Assembly: GCA_022843095.1 (NCBI GenBank)
Contig: JALHOH010000002.1
Span: forward strand, 360,001-392,000
Direction: 5' to 3'
Source: Candidatus Saccharimonadota bacterium
GTDB lineage: Bacteria; Patescibacteriota; Patescibacteriia; 2-12-FULL-60-25
Length of the DNA: 32,000 nt
The notes under the pieces are model-generated. The model saw only the letters and a list, made by a program, of their open reading frames with translations. It made no database searches and had not been told where the DNA came from. The stretch's first letter is position 1. Each line of letters starts with the position of its first letter. The position numbers and the translations under genes were made by a program. Shown here one piece after another: positions 25,030-32,000 of the stretch.

Positions 25030-25395
25030 CTATTCCCCGATCCGTGGAATCCATCGATACGTTACGGTTCCATCCGATGCCTCCTCAATCGCGAACGCAT
25101 CCAATTGAACGCTACCCAAATACCCCGTTCGCAGCAGATATACCTCCACCGCTCGCTGAAAATGCACCATTTTTTGCCTGGTTACCGCTTCTTCCGGGAA
25201 CCCGTACGCCCGAGAACGACGCATTTTAACCTCAACAAAATGCCTCACCCCGTCTTTTTCCACGATGACATCAATCTCCCCTCCCCGTGTCCGCCAATTT
25301 CGTTCTAGTATCCGAAATCCCTGAGACTCAAAAAACGCCGTGGCGATTGTTTCGCCGCGGCGTCCTGTGCGCTGTCGATGCGCATCCCGGGGCAT
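25030..25395 (-). CDS. yraN: YraN family (UPF0102) PD-(D/E)xK endonuclease-like protein
   Basis: The N-terminus GRRGETIATAFFESQGFRILERNWRTRGGEIDVIVEKDGVRHFVEVKMR fits the YraN pattern, with D and E-x-K catalytic-type residues. 121 aa, ATG start. Confidence 0.85.
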   Translation of the reverse strand: MPRDAHRQRTGRRGETIATAFFESQGFRILERNWRTRGGEIDVIVEKDGVRHFVEVKMRRSRAYGFPEEAVTRQKMVHFQRAVEVYLLRTGYLGSVQLDAFAIEEASDGTVTYRWIPRIGE

Positions 25396-25411
25396 ACCCC
25401 AGAAGCGTACC

Positions 25412-25831
25412 CTATTTTTTGGGCTTTGGCAGCCATTTCTCGTACGCGGCGCGTTCCAACGCCTCCCGGCGCTGCAACGGAATTTCGATCTTCACTCGGC
25501 GATAGAGGCGATACCCCCAATAGCCAAACCCGATCACCCAGACAACAAAGAAGATGCGCATGCTCAGCACCGGGATGCGCTGCCACGTCACTCCATACAG
25601 ATACAACCCCGAGATACCTGCAAGCCCAAGCACCGTCGCAAGCGACCGCTGCGTCTGACGCGCGGTTTTATCCTGGACCGCCTGTTGGGCGTACACCCAG
25701 ATTCCAATGCCAGACAACGTAAGTCCCAGCATGAAAATAAGGATCACCTTGTCCAACACCGGGGTAAACGGAAGCGCGGTCACGCTGAACCAAAAATTCA
25801 GGGTAAACAATGGCGCAATGACATTCCACAT
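25412..25831 (-). CDS. small integral membrane protein (about 4 TM), unknown function
   Basis: 139 aa, ATG start, with four hydrophobic segments and a basic C-terminal tail (KWLPKPKK). It is tightly packed between neighbouring genes. I recognise no motif. Confidence 0.65.
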   Translation of the reverse strand: MWNVIAPLFTLNFWFSVTALPFTPVLDKVILIFMLGLTLSGIGIWVYAQQAVQDKTARQTQRSLATVLGLAGISGLYLYGVTWQRIPVLSMRIFFVVWVIGFGYWGYRLYRRVKIEIPLQRREALERAAYEKWLPKPKK

Positions 25832-25850
25832 ACGGCCGGCACTCTACGAC

Positions 25851-26483
25851 TTAGGCTTTCCCGTGTAAAGCAAGGTCGTCCGGATGCGGCGTCGAATGTG
25901 CCAGCACCTGCGCATGGTGGCGATCCCCTTTTTTCCGAAACACGATGGCATCATGATGATCTCCCGCCGAAAACTCCCCATCATATTCCCACCCGGGTAC
26001 CCGCATCACTTCTGTTCGAATCGCGGTGGTCGACATGCGACGTTCCGGTGGAGGTCCAAGTGGAGACGGTTCCGGCGTCCACTCAATCACAAGAAGCGAT
26101 CCCCACGGCTTGAGCAGTCGCAGCGCCTCGCGCACAACACCTTCTCGATGTTGCGCAAGGTAAAAATTATTCGCGACGATGACCAAATCCAATGATGCGT
26201 CCTGAATCCGCGCTGCACCAACGACCTCGATGTCCGACCACACGGCGTGCACATTCCAGATTTGCGCATGTTTCGCCTTACGTTCGATCGCACGCACGAC
26301 ATCCTTATCCAAATCCACAGCGTATACAGCGCCGTTTCCTCCGACCAACTGGGCAGCAGGAAACACAAAATGCCCAAGCGCCCCGCATCCAAGATCCGCA
26401 ACCTGAAACCCCTGCTGGATTTTGGCAGACTCCAGCACCTTGAACGGATTAATGAGTTCGGTACCGCTTACGAGCATACGCAT
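25851..26483 (-). CDS. class I SAM-dependent methyltransferase
   Basis: Motif I is VADLGCGALGHF, followed by VYAVDLDKD (post-I acidic residue) and LKPWGSLLVIEW. 210 aa, ATG start. Confidence 0.8.
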   Translation of the reverse strand: MRMLVSGTELINPFKVLESAKIQQGFQVADLGCGALGHFVFPAAQLVGGNGAVYAVDLDKDVVRAIERKAKHAQIWNVHAVWSDIEVVGAARIQDASLDLVIVANNFYLAQHREGVVREALRLLKPWGSLLVIEWTPEPSPLGPPPERRMSTTAIRTEVMRVPGWEYDGEFSAGDHHDAIVFRKKGDRHHAQVLAHSTPHPDDLALHGKA

Positions 26484-26492
26484 CGCGAACTA

Positions 26493-26774
26493 CTATTCCT
26501 CCACCTGTTGCACGCGTCGCGGCGGTTCGGGAAACAAACGACCGATCGTCCCCTGAAGCAGGGCATCCCACATGTTCGTGGCCACAACAAAACCGATCAG
26601 CGTCACCAATATTCCCAAGAATTTATAAAAGAGACTCGTTCCGCCCCCACCAAGATTACGGTCCGCCCAATCCACATTTCCAAACATGTCGATGATGGTC
26701 CGGGTGCGGATGGTGAAAAAAATGCCCACCGCCGCAAGACCAAACCCAATCAGGATGCGTGTCAAAATACCCAT
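26493..26774 (-). CDS. small membrane protein (2 TM), unknown function
   Basis: ATG at 26774 (MGILTRILIGFGLAAVGIFFTI...) gives 93 aa with two hydrophobic helices. The track start at 26852 is TTG and would overlap the divergent gene, so it is rejected. Confidence 0.6.
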   Translation of the reverse strand: MGILTRILIGFGLAAVGIFFTIRTRTIIDMFGNVDWADRNLGGGGTSLFYKFLGILVTLIGFVVATNMWDALLQGTIGRLFPEPPRRVQQVEE

Positions 26775-26777
26775 AGT

Positions 26778-26806
26778 TTGAAGTGAAGAGCGTTCTCCCG
26801 TAGTGT
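26778..26806 (+). promoter_or_regulatory. candidate promoter giving a leaderless transcript for 26814-27611
   Basis: TTGAAG (26778-26783), a 17-nt spacer, TAGTGT (26801-26806), then exactly 7 nt to the ATG at 26814. No Shine-Dalgarno is present. On the opposite strand the same spot reads TGGTACACT (an extended -10-like motif) facing the divergent gene. Confidence 0.3.
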
Positions 26807-26813
26807 ACCACAC

Positions 26814-27611
26814 ATGAAGCCTCCTCGTCAGAACCGTTTTCGCCCACGCCAAGCTGCTGCAAAAAGCAGTTGGGAAGGCGTAGCCGATTGGTACGCCTCC
26901 TACCTAGCAAAGCCGGGCACCGTTCAGGCAAACATCGTGTTCCCAGGCGCCGCCCGCCTCCTCGCCCCGCAATCACGTGGACGCTATTTGGATATCGCTT
27001 GCGGAGAAGGACGTTTTGCCCATCAAATCGCACGCAACGCAAAAGAGGTGGTCGGCGTGGACGCAGCCCCGTCACTCATCGCCCGGGCAAAACAGGGGCC
27101 TTCAAAAAATACGCGGTTCATCGTGGCAGATGCGCAGGCCTTTGCGCGAACGGTACACGGCCCGTCGTTTGACGGAGCAAGCTGTATCCTGGCCATCCAA
27201 AACATTCCCAACATGCGCGCCGTCTTTGAGCAGGCCGCGGCCGTCCTTGCCCCGGATGCCCCGCTTGTCATCGTGATGAACCATCCGGCATTTCGTCAGC
27301 CGCGACAATCTGGATGGGGATGGGATGAGCAACGCAAACTCCAATATCGACGCATCGATAGGTATCAAACCCCGTACGAACAACCGATCATCGCGCATCC
27401 AGGCGCAAATCCGGACGTCCGAACCTCCAGTTTCCACCGTCCGCTCGCAGAATATATCAACGCCCTTGCAGACACGGGCTTTGTCATCGATGCCATGGAA
27501 GAGTGGGTGTCTGACAAGCAAAGTGATTCTGGGCCACGGGCCAAAGCCGAAAATGTGGCACGCGCCGAAATCCCCCTGTTTCTTGCACTTCGTGCACGAC
27601 GTCGCACATAA
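26814..27611 (+). CDS. class I SAM-dependent methyltransferase (type 11-like)
   Basis: Motif I is YLDIACGEGRFAHQI, then VVGVDAAPSLI and LAPDAPLVIVMNHP. 265 aa, ATG start. Confidence 0.8.
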   Translation: MKPPRQNRFRPRQAAAKSSWEGVADWYASYLAKPGTVQANIVFPGAARLLAPQSRGRYLDIACGEGRFAHQIARNAKEVVGVDAAPSLIARAKQGPSKNTRFIVADAQAFARTVHGPSFDGASCILAIQNIPNMRAVFEQAAAVLAPDAPLVIVMNHPAFRQPRQSGWGWDEQRKLQYRRIDRYQTPYEQPIIAHPGANPDVRTSSFHRPLAEYINALADTGFVIDAMEEWVSDKQSDSGPRAKAENVARAEIPLFLALRARRRT

Positions 27612-27612
27612 C

Positions 27613-27636
27613 ACACCCCTCCGATTGGAGGGGTGT
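27613..27636. terminator. bidirectional hairpin terminator between convergent genes
   Basis: Perfect 10-bp arms acacccctcc (27613-27622) and ggaggggtgt (27627-27636) around the loop gatt. The plus transcript continues UUAUUUAA, a good U-rich tail. The minus transcript continues GUUAUGUG, which is weaker. The hairpin lies between the stops at 27609-27611 and 27641-27643. Confidence 0.75.
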
Positions 27637-27640
27637 TTAT

Positions 27641-29626
27641 TTAATCATCATGTTCATCGTCATCATCACCGTCGTCGTCATCGGCGTCCGAACAATGCGC
27701 AGGACCCGACCCACCCGTATTGTACTGTTCAAAGGTAGAAGCCCATCCCGTCACTTGAGTCTTGGTCGCGCTTGGTAGTGACGACCAATCCTGCCAGTTC
27801 TTGGTCACAAGGAACGCGTCTGCGGCCGCCATGGTCGCGGCGATGCTGGAACCATCCGCTCCCCGCGCAATATTGAGCTTTGCCGCAAGCAACTGTGCAT
27901 ACACCTTCGTAATACCGTTTGAAGGAGAACCGTAGGTCGACTGTCCGAGCACATTTTTCGCTTGATCTTTGGTCGTCACGACAAGTGTTTTTCCACCGCC
28001 ACTTCCCAACGAAATCGGAAGGTATTGCGGGATGTATTCGTCATGATTCTTCCAATATCCCATACTTGATACACAGGATCCGCCCGTACAAGGAACCGTC
28101 ACACTGACGGACCAAGAATGCATGAGCGGTGTCCCCCCCGTGGGCGAAACAACCACCGTGTTCATGATTGTGCGCGGACCACAGGTCGTAAAAGGGCCGA
28201 TCGCGGCAACAAGCGGAACGGTGAGCGCTCCATTCACCAATTGATCGGTGCAATACGTTCCTCGGGCACCCCCCGCCGTATCCATGATGCTGACACACGA
28301 CCCTTGAGACGCGACCACCGCCTGTCCAAAATCAACCGGTGCGGAAGACGAAAACGCCGTTGTCACCGATGGAACCGAGGACGCAGGCGCCGTGTAGGTG
28401 TAATTTTGCAGCGTCACGGTTGCGGCGGACGTGACATTACTCGCATTGGTCAACGACCGGGTATAGGTACAGGTGAGCGTCTGATCCGCCGGAAGGGTGT
28501 AGGGAAAGGTCACGCCACACTGAACCGTGGCCGATGCCGCGCCGACTAAATCCGTCACACTCGCGATCGTCGCTCCCATCGGTGCCGGATTCGTGATCTG
28601 GATCGTCCCGGATGCCATCCAGCCCGATACCGTCGTCGTGCCCGTTAATCCGATCGAAAACGGTACAGATCCGCCCTGTCCTGCAGTTAACGTCAGCGTA
28701 GACGTACTTGGGGCACTTGCCGCGGTCCAAGAAGTTGTTTGCGCATAGGACGACTGCGCTGTCGAACTCACCTGCAACGCATAGCATTGAATCGCCGTGG
28801 ATGCACTGGCCGTTTCGCCCGTCCCCTGCACCGTTGCGGTTACCGTCTGCGTCCCCGCATCGGCATCACAAGTGGACGTTTGCGTAAAGGTGGTTTGCGT
28901 CGTAGTCGAGAACGTCCAGGTGTGACCCAGCGTATCCGAAACCTGCGCCGTTCCGCCGGTCACGGTGGGCGTGGCCGGCATCGTCACCGCCTGTACCGGC
29001 GAGACACCAAACGGACACACGGAAGGCCCCGCGCAAAACGCACTCCCGGGAATACTGTTTAGGTGGTTCGTGATCGTCACGTCCGACGCGACACGATACT
29101 GAGCGCCCGGTGTACGAGGAAATGAAATCGAATAGGGGTAACACGAGGATCCACCCGCCGCGATCATCGGCGCCGAAGCAACGCTGACCGAAGCGGTAGC
29201 TACCGATTGAAACGGTCCTGTGCCCTGCTGTTCTTGAACATGTGCCACGATGGCGAGTCCGGCGGTCGGCATCCCTCCGGTATTTGTGACACACACCGTA
29301 CCGCTCGCCACGGTCTGATCGCTCCCCATCGTCTTCGTCGCTCCAAGCGTGTATGTCGTCGCCACCGAATCGCCCCGAAACGCATTCCAAGAGGTCGGTG
29401 ATGCCTGCAGGGAAAGCTGCCAATCATGCGATTGCGTCCACGTGACCGATCCGGTCAACGAGGCATCAATGAACGTGAACCCGATGGCGGTCAACGCTTG
29501 CGATTCTCCAGGCGCGACCAATCGAACAAAGGCTGCAGTCCCAATTAACGCCACAGAGACGGCGAGCGTCCCAAGCGCGATCGCCCAAGGCGCGCGTGTG
29601 GACTTCTTCTTTTTTTTGAACGGCAT
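27641..29626 (-). CDS. secreted/anchored Thr-Ser-Cys-rich beta protein with C-terminal helical domain and poly-Asp tail (661 aa)
   Basis: ATG start. The N-terminus is MPFKKKKKSTRAPW followed by a hydrophobic helix (AIALGTLAVSVALIGTAAFV). The body is long and Thr/Ser-rich with about 15 Cys. The C-terminal ~140 aa start CVSSMGYWKNHDEY, and the protein ends DADDDDGDDDDEHDD. Confidence 0.8.
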   Translation of the reverse strand: MPFKKKKKSTRAPWAIALGTLAVSVALIGTAAFVRLVAPGESQALTAIGFTFIDASLTGSVTWTQSHDWQLSLQASPTSWNAFRGDSVATTYTLGATKTMGSDQTVASGTVCVTNTGGMPTAGLAIVAHVQEQQGTGPFQSVATASVSVASAPMIAAGGSSCYPYSISFPRTPGAQYRVASDVTITNHLNSIPGSAFCAGPSVCPFGVSPVQAVTMPATPTVTGGTAQVSDTLGHTWTFSTTTQTTFTQTSTCDADAGTQTVTATVQGTGETASASTAIQCYALQVSSTAQSSYAQTTSWTAASAPSTSTLTLTAGQGGSVPFSIGLTGTTTVSGWMASGTIQITNPAPMGATIASVTDLVGAASATVQCGVTFPYTLPADQTLTCTYTRSLTNASNVTSAATVTLQNYTYTAPASSVPSVTTAFSSSAPVDFGQAVVASQGSCVSIMDTAGGARGTYCTDQLVNGALTVPLVAAIGPFTTCGPRTIMNTVVVSPTGGTPLMHSWSVSVTVPCTGGSCVSSMGYWKNHDEYIPQYLPISLGSGGGKTLVVTTKDQAKNVLGQSTYGSPSNGITKVYAQLLAAKLNIARGADGSSIAATMAAADAFLVTKNWQDWSSLPSATKTQVTGWASTFEQYNTGGSGPAHCSDADDDDGDDDDEHDD

Positions 29627-29638
29627 AGGATTGCCAAG

Positions 29639-29665
29639 ACTTTACCACACTTTTTCTTGAGACAA
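29639..29665 (-). promoter_or_regulatory. candidate extended -10 promoter for the 661-aa gene (very short leader)
   Basis: The minus strand reads TTGTCT (29665-29660), a 15-nt spacer ending in TGG, then TAAAGT (29644-29639). The ATG lies 12 nt further on and there is no Shine-Dalgarno. It follows a terminator directly. Motif match by eye only. Confidence 0.3.
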
Positions 29666-29692
29666 AAAAAGACACGACCGAGATGCCGTGTC
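29664..29692 (-). terminator. rho-independent terminator after methyltransferase 29698-30381
   Basis: The arms are gacacg (29671-29676) and cgtgtc (29687-29692), plus an extra c-g pair. The minus transcript continues with U7 (plus-strand a-run 29664-29670). It starts 5 nt after the TAG at 29698-29700. Confidence 0.65.
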
Positions 29693-29697
29693 AGAAA

Positions 29698-30381
29698 CTA
29701 TCCACGCATCGCCAACCGCTCCAACCACCGCGTCTGATTCACCTCCCGTTCACGACTCCATTGGATGACGAAGCCGGATGCTTCCAACAGCGCATCCAAC
29801 TCCGGTCCATCAAACGAGGAGAAAAAGCGCGTGTACGGGGTGCCGTAATCCCGCTCTTCCACCAACGTCTCACCATCGGTTCCAGGTCGCGTTGCTTTCA
29901 CGCACAGAGACAACACTCCCGTGGGGGTCAAGAGCCCCCGGAGTGCAATCAGCACTCTCGGAATTTCCTGCTTTGGGATATGGAGCAGAGACGCCATCGC
30001 GTAAATCCCATCGAAGGTACGATGGAAAAGGTCGTATCGCGCCTGAACCAAATCCAATTCGTAGAACGTCGCCCGATCCATCCCAACACGCGCGCGTGCA
30101 AGCCGGATCATTTCGGACGAGCTATCGATGCCGCACACGCGGTATCCACGCTGGACAAATACCTGGGATTTCATCCCCGGCCCGCACCCCAGATCCAGGA
30201 TCAACCCGTTTGGCGGGAGCGCGGCCAAAAACAAATCCGCCCCTTCGCGCCACCAATCATCGTTTGCATGATCCCGTTCCCAGTCTTCGGCGATGACGTC
30301 GTACGTTTCGCGTGTCAGACGTCGAAGCGCCTCTGGCGCCGTGAGACCCACAGGAAAAAACCGTTTTTCGTCCCCGTTCAT
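29698..30381 (-). CDS. class I SAM-dependent methyltransferase
   Basis: Motif I is ILDLGCGPGMKSQVF, then VCGIDSSSEMI. ATG at 30381 (MNGDEKRF) is preceded by GGGAGG at a 7-nt spacing. The track ATG at 30396 lies inside that RBS, so 30381 is preferred. Confidence 0.85.
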   Translation of the reverse strand: MNGDEKRFFPVGLTAPEALRRLTRETYDVIAEDWERDHANDDWWREGADLFLAALPPNGLILDLGCGPGMKSQVFVQRGYRVCGIDSSSEMIRLARARVGMDRATFYELDLVQARYDLFHRTFDGIYAMASLLHIPKQEIPRVLIALRGLLTPTGVLSLCVKATRPGTDGETLVEERDYGTPYTRFFSSFDGPELDALLEASGFVIQWSREREVNQTRWLERLAMRG

Positions 30382-30396
30382 GAATCTACCTCCCAT

Positions 30397-30431
30397 AAAA
30401 AGAGCGTCGCCACTTTGACATGACGACGCTC
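30397..30431 (-). terminator. rho-independent terminator after secA
   Basis: The arms are gagcgtcg (30402-30409) and cgacgctc (30424-30431) around a 14-nt loop. The minus transcript continues UUUUUA. It starts 13 nt after the secA TAG (30445-30447). Confidence 0.6.
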
Positions 30432-30444
30432 GCTCGACCAGCCT

Positions 30445-32000
30445 CTACGCTCCGTGGCACTTCTTGAACTTTTTACCACTTCCGCACGGACATGGATCAT
30501 TCCGATCCGTATGGGCGAGTTCTTCCGCGGTAGGCTCACGCATCGTTGCATGCATCGCAGACGGTTCGTTTTCGGATTTTTCCGGCCCCGCAGTCGGGGT
30601 CGGCTCTGCGGCTTGGCGCGAGATCTGAACGCGGAACAAGGTATGCGCAACACGCGTCGAAATCGCCGCGAGCAATGCATGGAACATGCGATACGCCTCT
30701 TTCTTGTATTCCACCAGCGGATCGCGCTGGCCATAGCCCTGCAATCCAATCCCATGGCGGAGATAATCCATGTTCTCCAGGTGCTCCACCCACAAATCAT
30801 CCGTGGCACGGAGCAGCACCACCTTTTCGACTTCTGCCACAATCCCCGGGTCTGCAACCGCCGTCTCAAACTTGGCGTATGTTTCATCCACCATGCCGGA
30901 CAACGTTTCCAATAATTCCGTTCGGATCTTTACCAAATCCTCCTTTGATTCTGCGGCAGTGACACGTGTTTTGAGGGTCGTTGCCACTTGCGGGATGACG
31001 GGCAGCATCTGCTCGATCATCTCGCCGACTTTGTCCAACTCCCATTCCGACGGATCTTCACTCGTCGTATGAAGCGCGATCATGCGTTCACATTCTTCCA
31101 TGAACGCCTGTTTCACGAGCGCTTGAAGCGGACGGACCCCTTCAACCGTTGGCTTCGAAGCCACATCCAACAGCTCGCGACGTCGGCGGTAAATCGCCAT
31201 GCGATGCTTGTTCAACACGTCATCGTATTCCAGCAAATGCTTGCGAATATCGAAGTTGTGTCCTTCCACTTTTTTCTGCGCCGCCTCAATGGATTTGGTC
31301 AGCAACCCATTTTCAATCGCTTCATCATCCGGAAGTCCCAGGCGATCCATCATCCCCTTCATGCGATCGCTTCCAAAAATACGCATCAAATCATCCTCCA
31401 TCGAGACGTAGAACTGCGTTTCTCCCGGATCACCCTGACGGCCCGAACGACCGCGTAGCTGGTTATCAATGCGACGTGATTCATGACGTTCCGTCCCGAT
31501 CACGAACAACCCACCCAACGCACGCACTGCTTCGGCTTCGGTTGCGTCCGGCGGATTCCCGCCAAGCAAAATGTCGACCCCACGCCCTGCCATGTTGGTC
31601 GCGACCGTGACCGCACCGCGCCGACCGGCCTGCGCGATAATCTCAGCTTCCCCTGCGTGGTTTTTGGCATTCAAGATGTTGTGCGGAATCCCCTCCATCT
31701 TCAACATCTCCGAAAGCAACTCGTTTTTCTCGATCGACACCGTCCCAACCAGCACTGGCTGGCCTTTTTCATGTCGCTGCTTGATTTCACGCACCACCGC
31801 CTTGAACTTTCCTAATTCATTCTTGTACACGCGGTCACCATGATCGGTGCGCTTGTTCACTCGATTCGTCGGGATCGTCAACACCTCCAATTTGTAGATC
31901 TTGCTGAATTCCTCCGCCTCCGTCGCCGCCGTTCCCGTCATCCCAGACAACTTTTCGTACAACCGGAAATAGTTCTGGAACGTGATCGTTGCCATGGTCA
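30445..32000 (-). CDS. secA: preprotein translocase ATPase SecA, C-terminal ~518 aa (5' end beyond the window)
   Basis: Matching segments are ITFQNYFRLYEKLSGMTGTA, TVATNMAGRGVDILLGG and GGLFVIGTERHESRRIDNQLRGRSGRQGDPG, plus the C-terminal zinc motif CPCGSGKKFKKCHGA. The M at 31995 in the track is an internal residue, and the frame stays open to the window edge. Confidence 0.95.
   Translation of the reverse strand, partial: TMATITFQNYFRLYEKLSGMTGTAATEAEEFSKIYKLEVLTIPTNRVNKRTDHGDRVYKNELGKFKAVVREIKQRHEKGQPVLVGTVSIEKNELLSEMLKMEGIPHNILNAKNHAGEAEIIAQAGRRGAVTVATNMAGRGVDILLGGNPPDATEAEAVRALGGLFVIGTERHESRRIDNQLRGRSGRQGDPGETQFYVSMEDDLMRIFGSDRMKGMMDRLGLPDDEAIENGLLTKSIEAAQKKVEGHNFDIRKHLLEYDDVLNKHRMAIYRRRRELLDVASKPTVEGVRPLQALVKQAFMEECERMIALHTTSEDPSEWELDKVGEMIEQMLPVIPQVATTLKTRVTAAESKEDLVKIRTELLETLSGMVDETYAKFETAVADPGIVAEVEKVVLLRATDDLWVEHLENMDYLRHGIGLQGYGQRDPLVEYKKEAYRMFHALLAAISTRVAHTLFRVQISRQAAEPTPTAGPEKSENEPSAMHATMREPTAEELAHTDRNDPCPCGSGKKFKKCHGA

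Noticed and set aside
25030-27611. Restriction-modification or other defence reading of YraN nuclease-fold protein plus neighbouring methyltransferases
   Set aside because: YraN is a ubiquitous housekeeping family. The methyltransferases lack DNA methyltransferase catalytic motifs (DPPY/NPPY, PCQ). The genes are in separate transcription units.
29610-29617. Homopolymer tracts as phase-variation switches (T8 at 29610-29617 encoding the KKKKK of the secreted protein; A8 at 11035-11042; T7 at 4534-4540; A7 at 13599-13605)
   Set aside because: Tracts of 7-8 nt occur in several unrelated genes here and are explained by Lys or Phe codons. That is too short and too common to claim slipped-strand regulation without read-level length heterogeneity. 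It is worth only a quick check in the raw reads.
24606-30423. Antisense or alternative-frame ORFs in the right part (24606-25229, 25340-26113, 26247-26786, 27102-27614, 28866-29423, 29683-30423, 30454-31458 set)
   Set aside because: The reasoning is the same: they overlap well-supported genes (GT4, YraN, methyltransferases, the secreted protein, SecA) and have implausible composition.
1-32000. tRNA, rRNA, CRISPR arrays, IS elements, integrases, prophage genes
   Set aside because: All non-coding gaps are under 240 nt and were read individually. None has a cloverleaf-compatible sequence, regularly spaced direct repeats or terminal inverted repeats. No ORF shows transposase or integrase motifs.

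Overview
Gene-dense, GC-rich bacterial window read with the standard genetic code (TGA, TAA and TAG all terminate long ORFs). I call 26 CDS, 24 on the minus strand, mostly in tight operons with 4-nt ATGA overlaps or gaps under 25 nt. Positions 1-17690 are a cell-surface glycan assembly island. It holds seven GT-B glycosyltransferases (one a tandem two-domain fusion, one tail-anchored), a GT-C-like polytopic membrane protein and three SDR nucleotide-sugar enzymes, including a clear UDP-glucuronate decarboxylase. It also holds a UDP-galactopyranose-mutase-like flavoprotein, an AsnB-type amidotransferase, a MetW-like methyltransferase and a Wzy_C (O-antigen-ligase-like) protein fused to TPR repeats. 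Positions 17.7-23.8 kb hold the most interesting module: an ECF-type sigma factor, a single-pass DUF5667-like (anti-sigma-like) membrane protein, a 238-nt hairpin-rich spacer, and a 1314-aa secreted repeat protein ending in a perfect terminator just upstream of the ligase. I read this as a candidate regulated surface-layer glycoprotein system; that is a hypothesis. The right third carries another GT4, YraN, two small membrane proteins, three class I methyltransferases and a 661-aa secreted Thr/Ser/Cys-rich protein with a poly-Asp tail. It ends with the C-terminal two thirds of SecA, which runs off the window. I saw no rRNA, tRNA, CRISPR, transposase, integrase or recognisable defence genes. 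Many long ORFs in the supplied track are antisense shadows, including a 1301-aa one. Several track starts are TTG/GTG extensions that I trimmed to ATG starts. The gene families resemble Patescibacteria/CPR-type genomes, but lineage cannot be established from this window.
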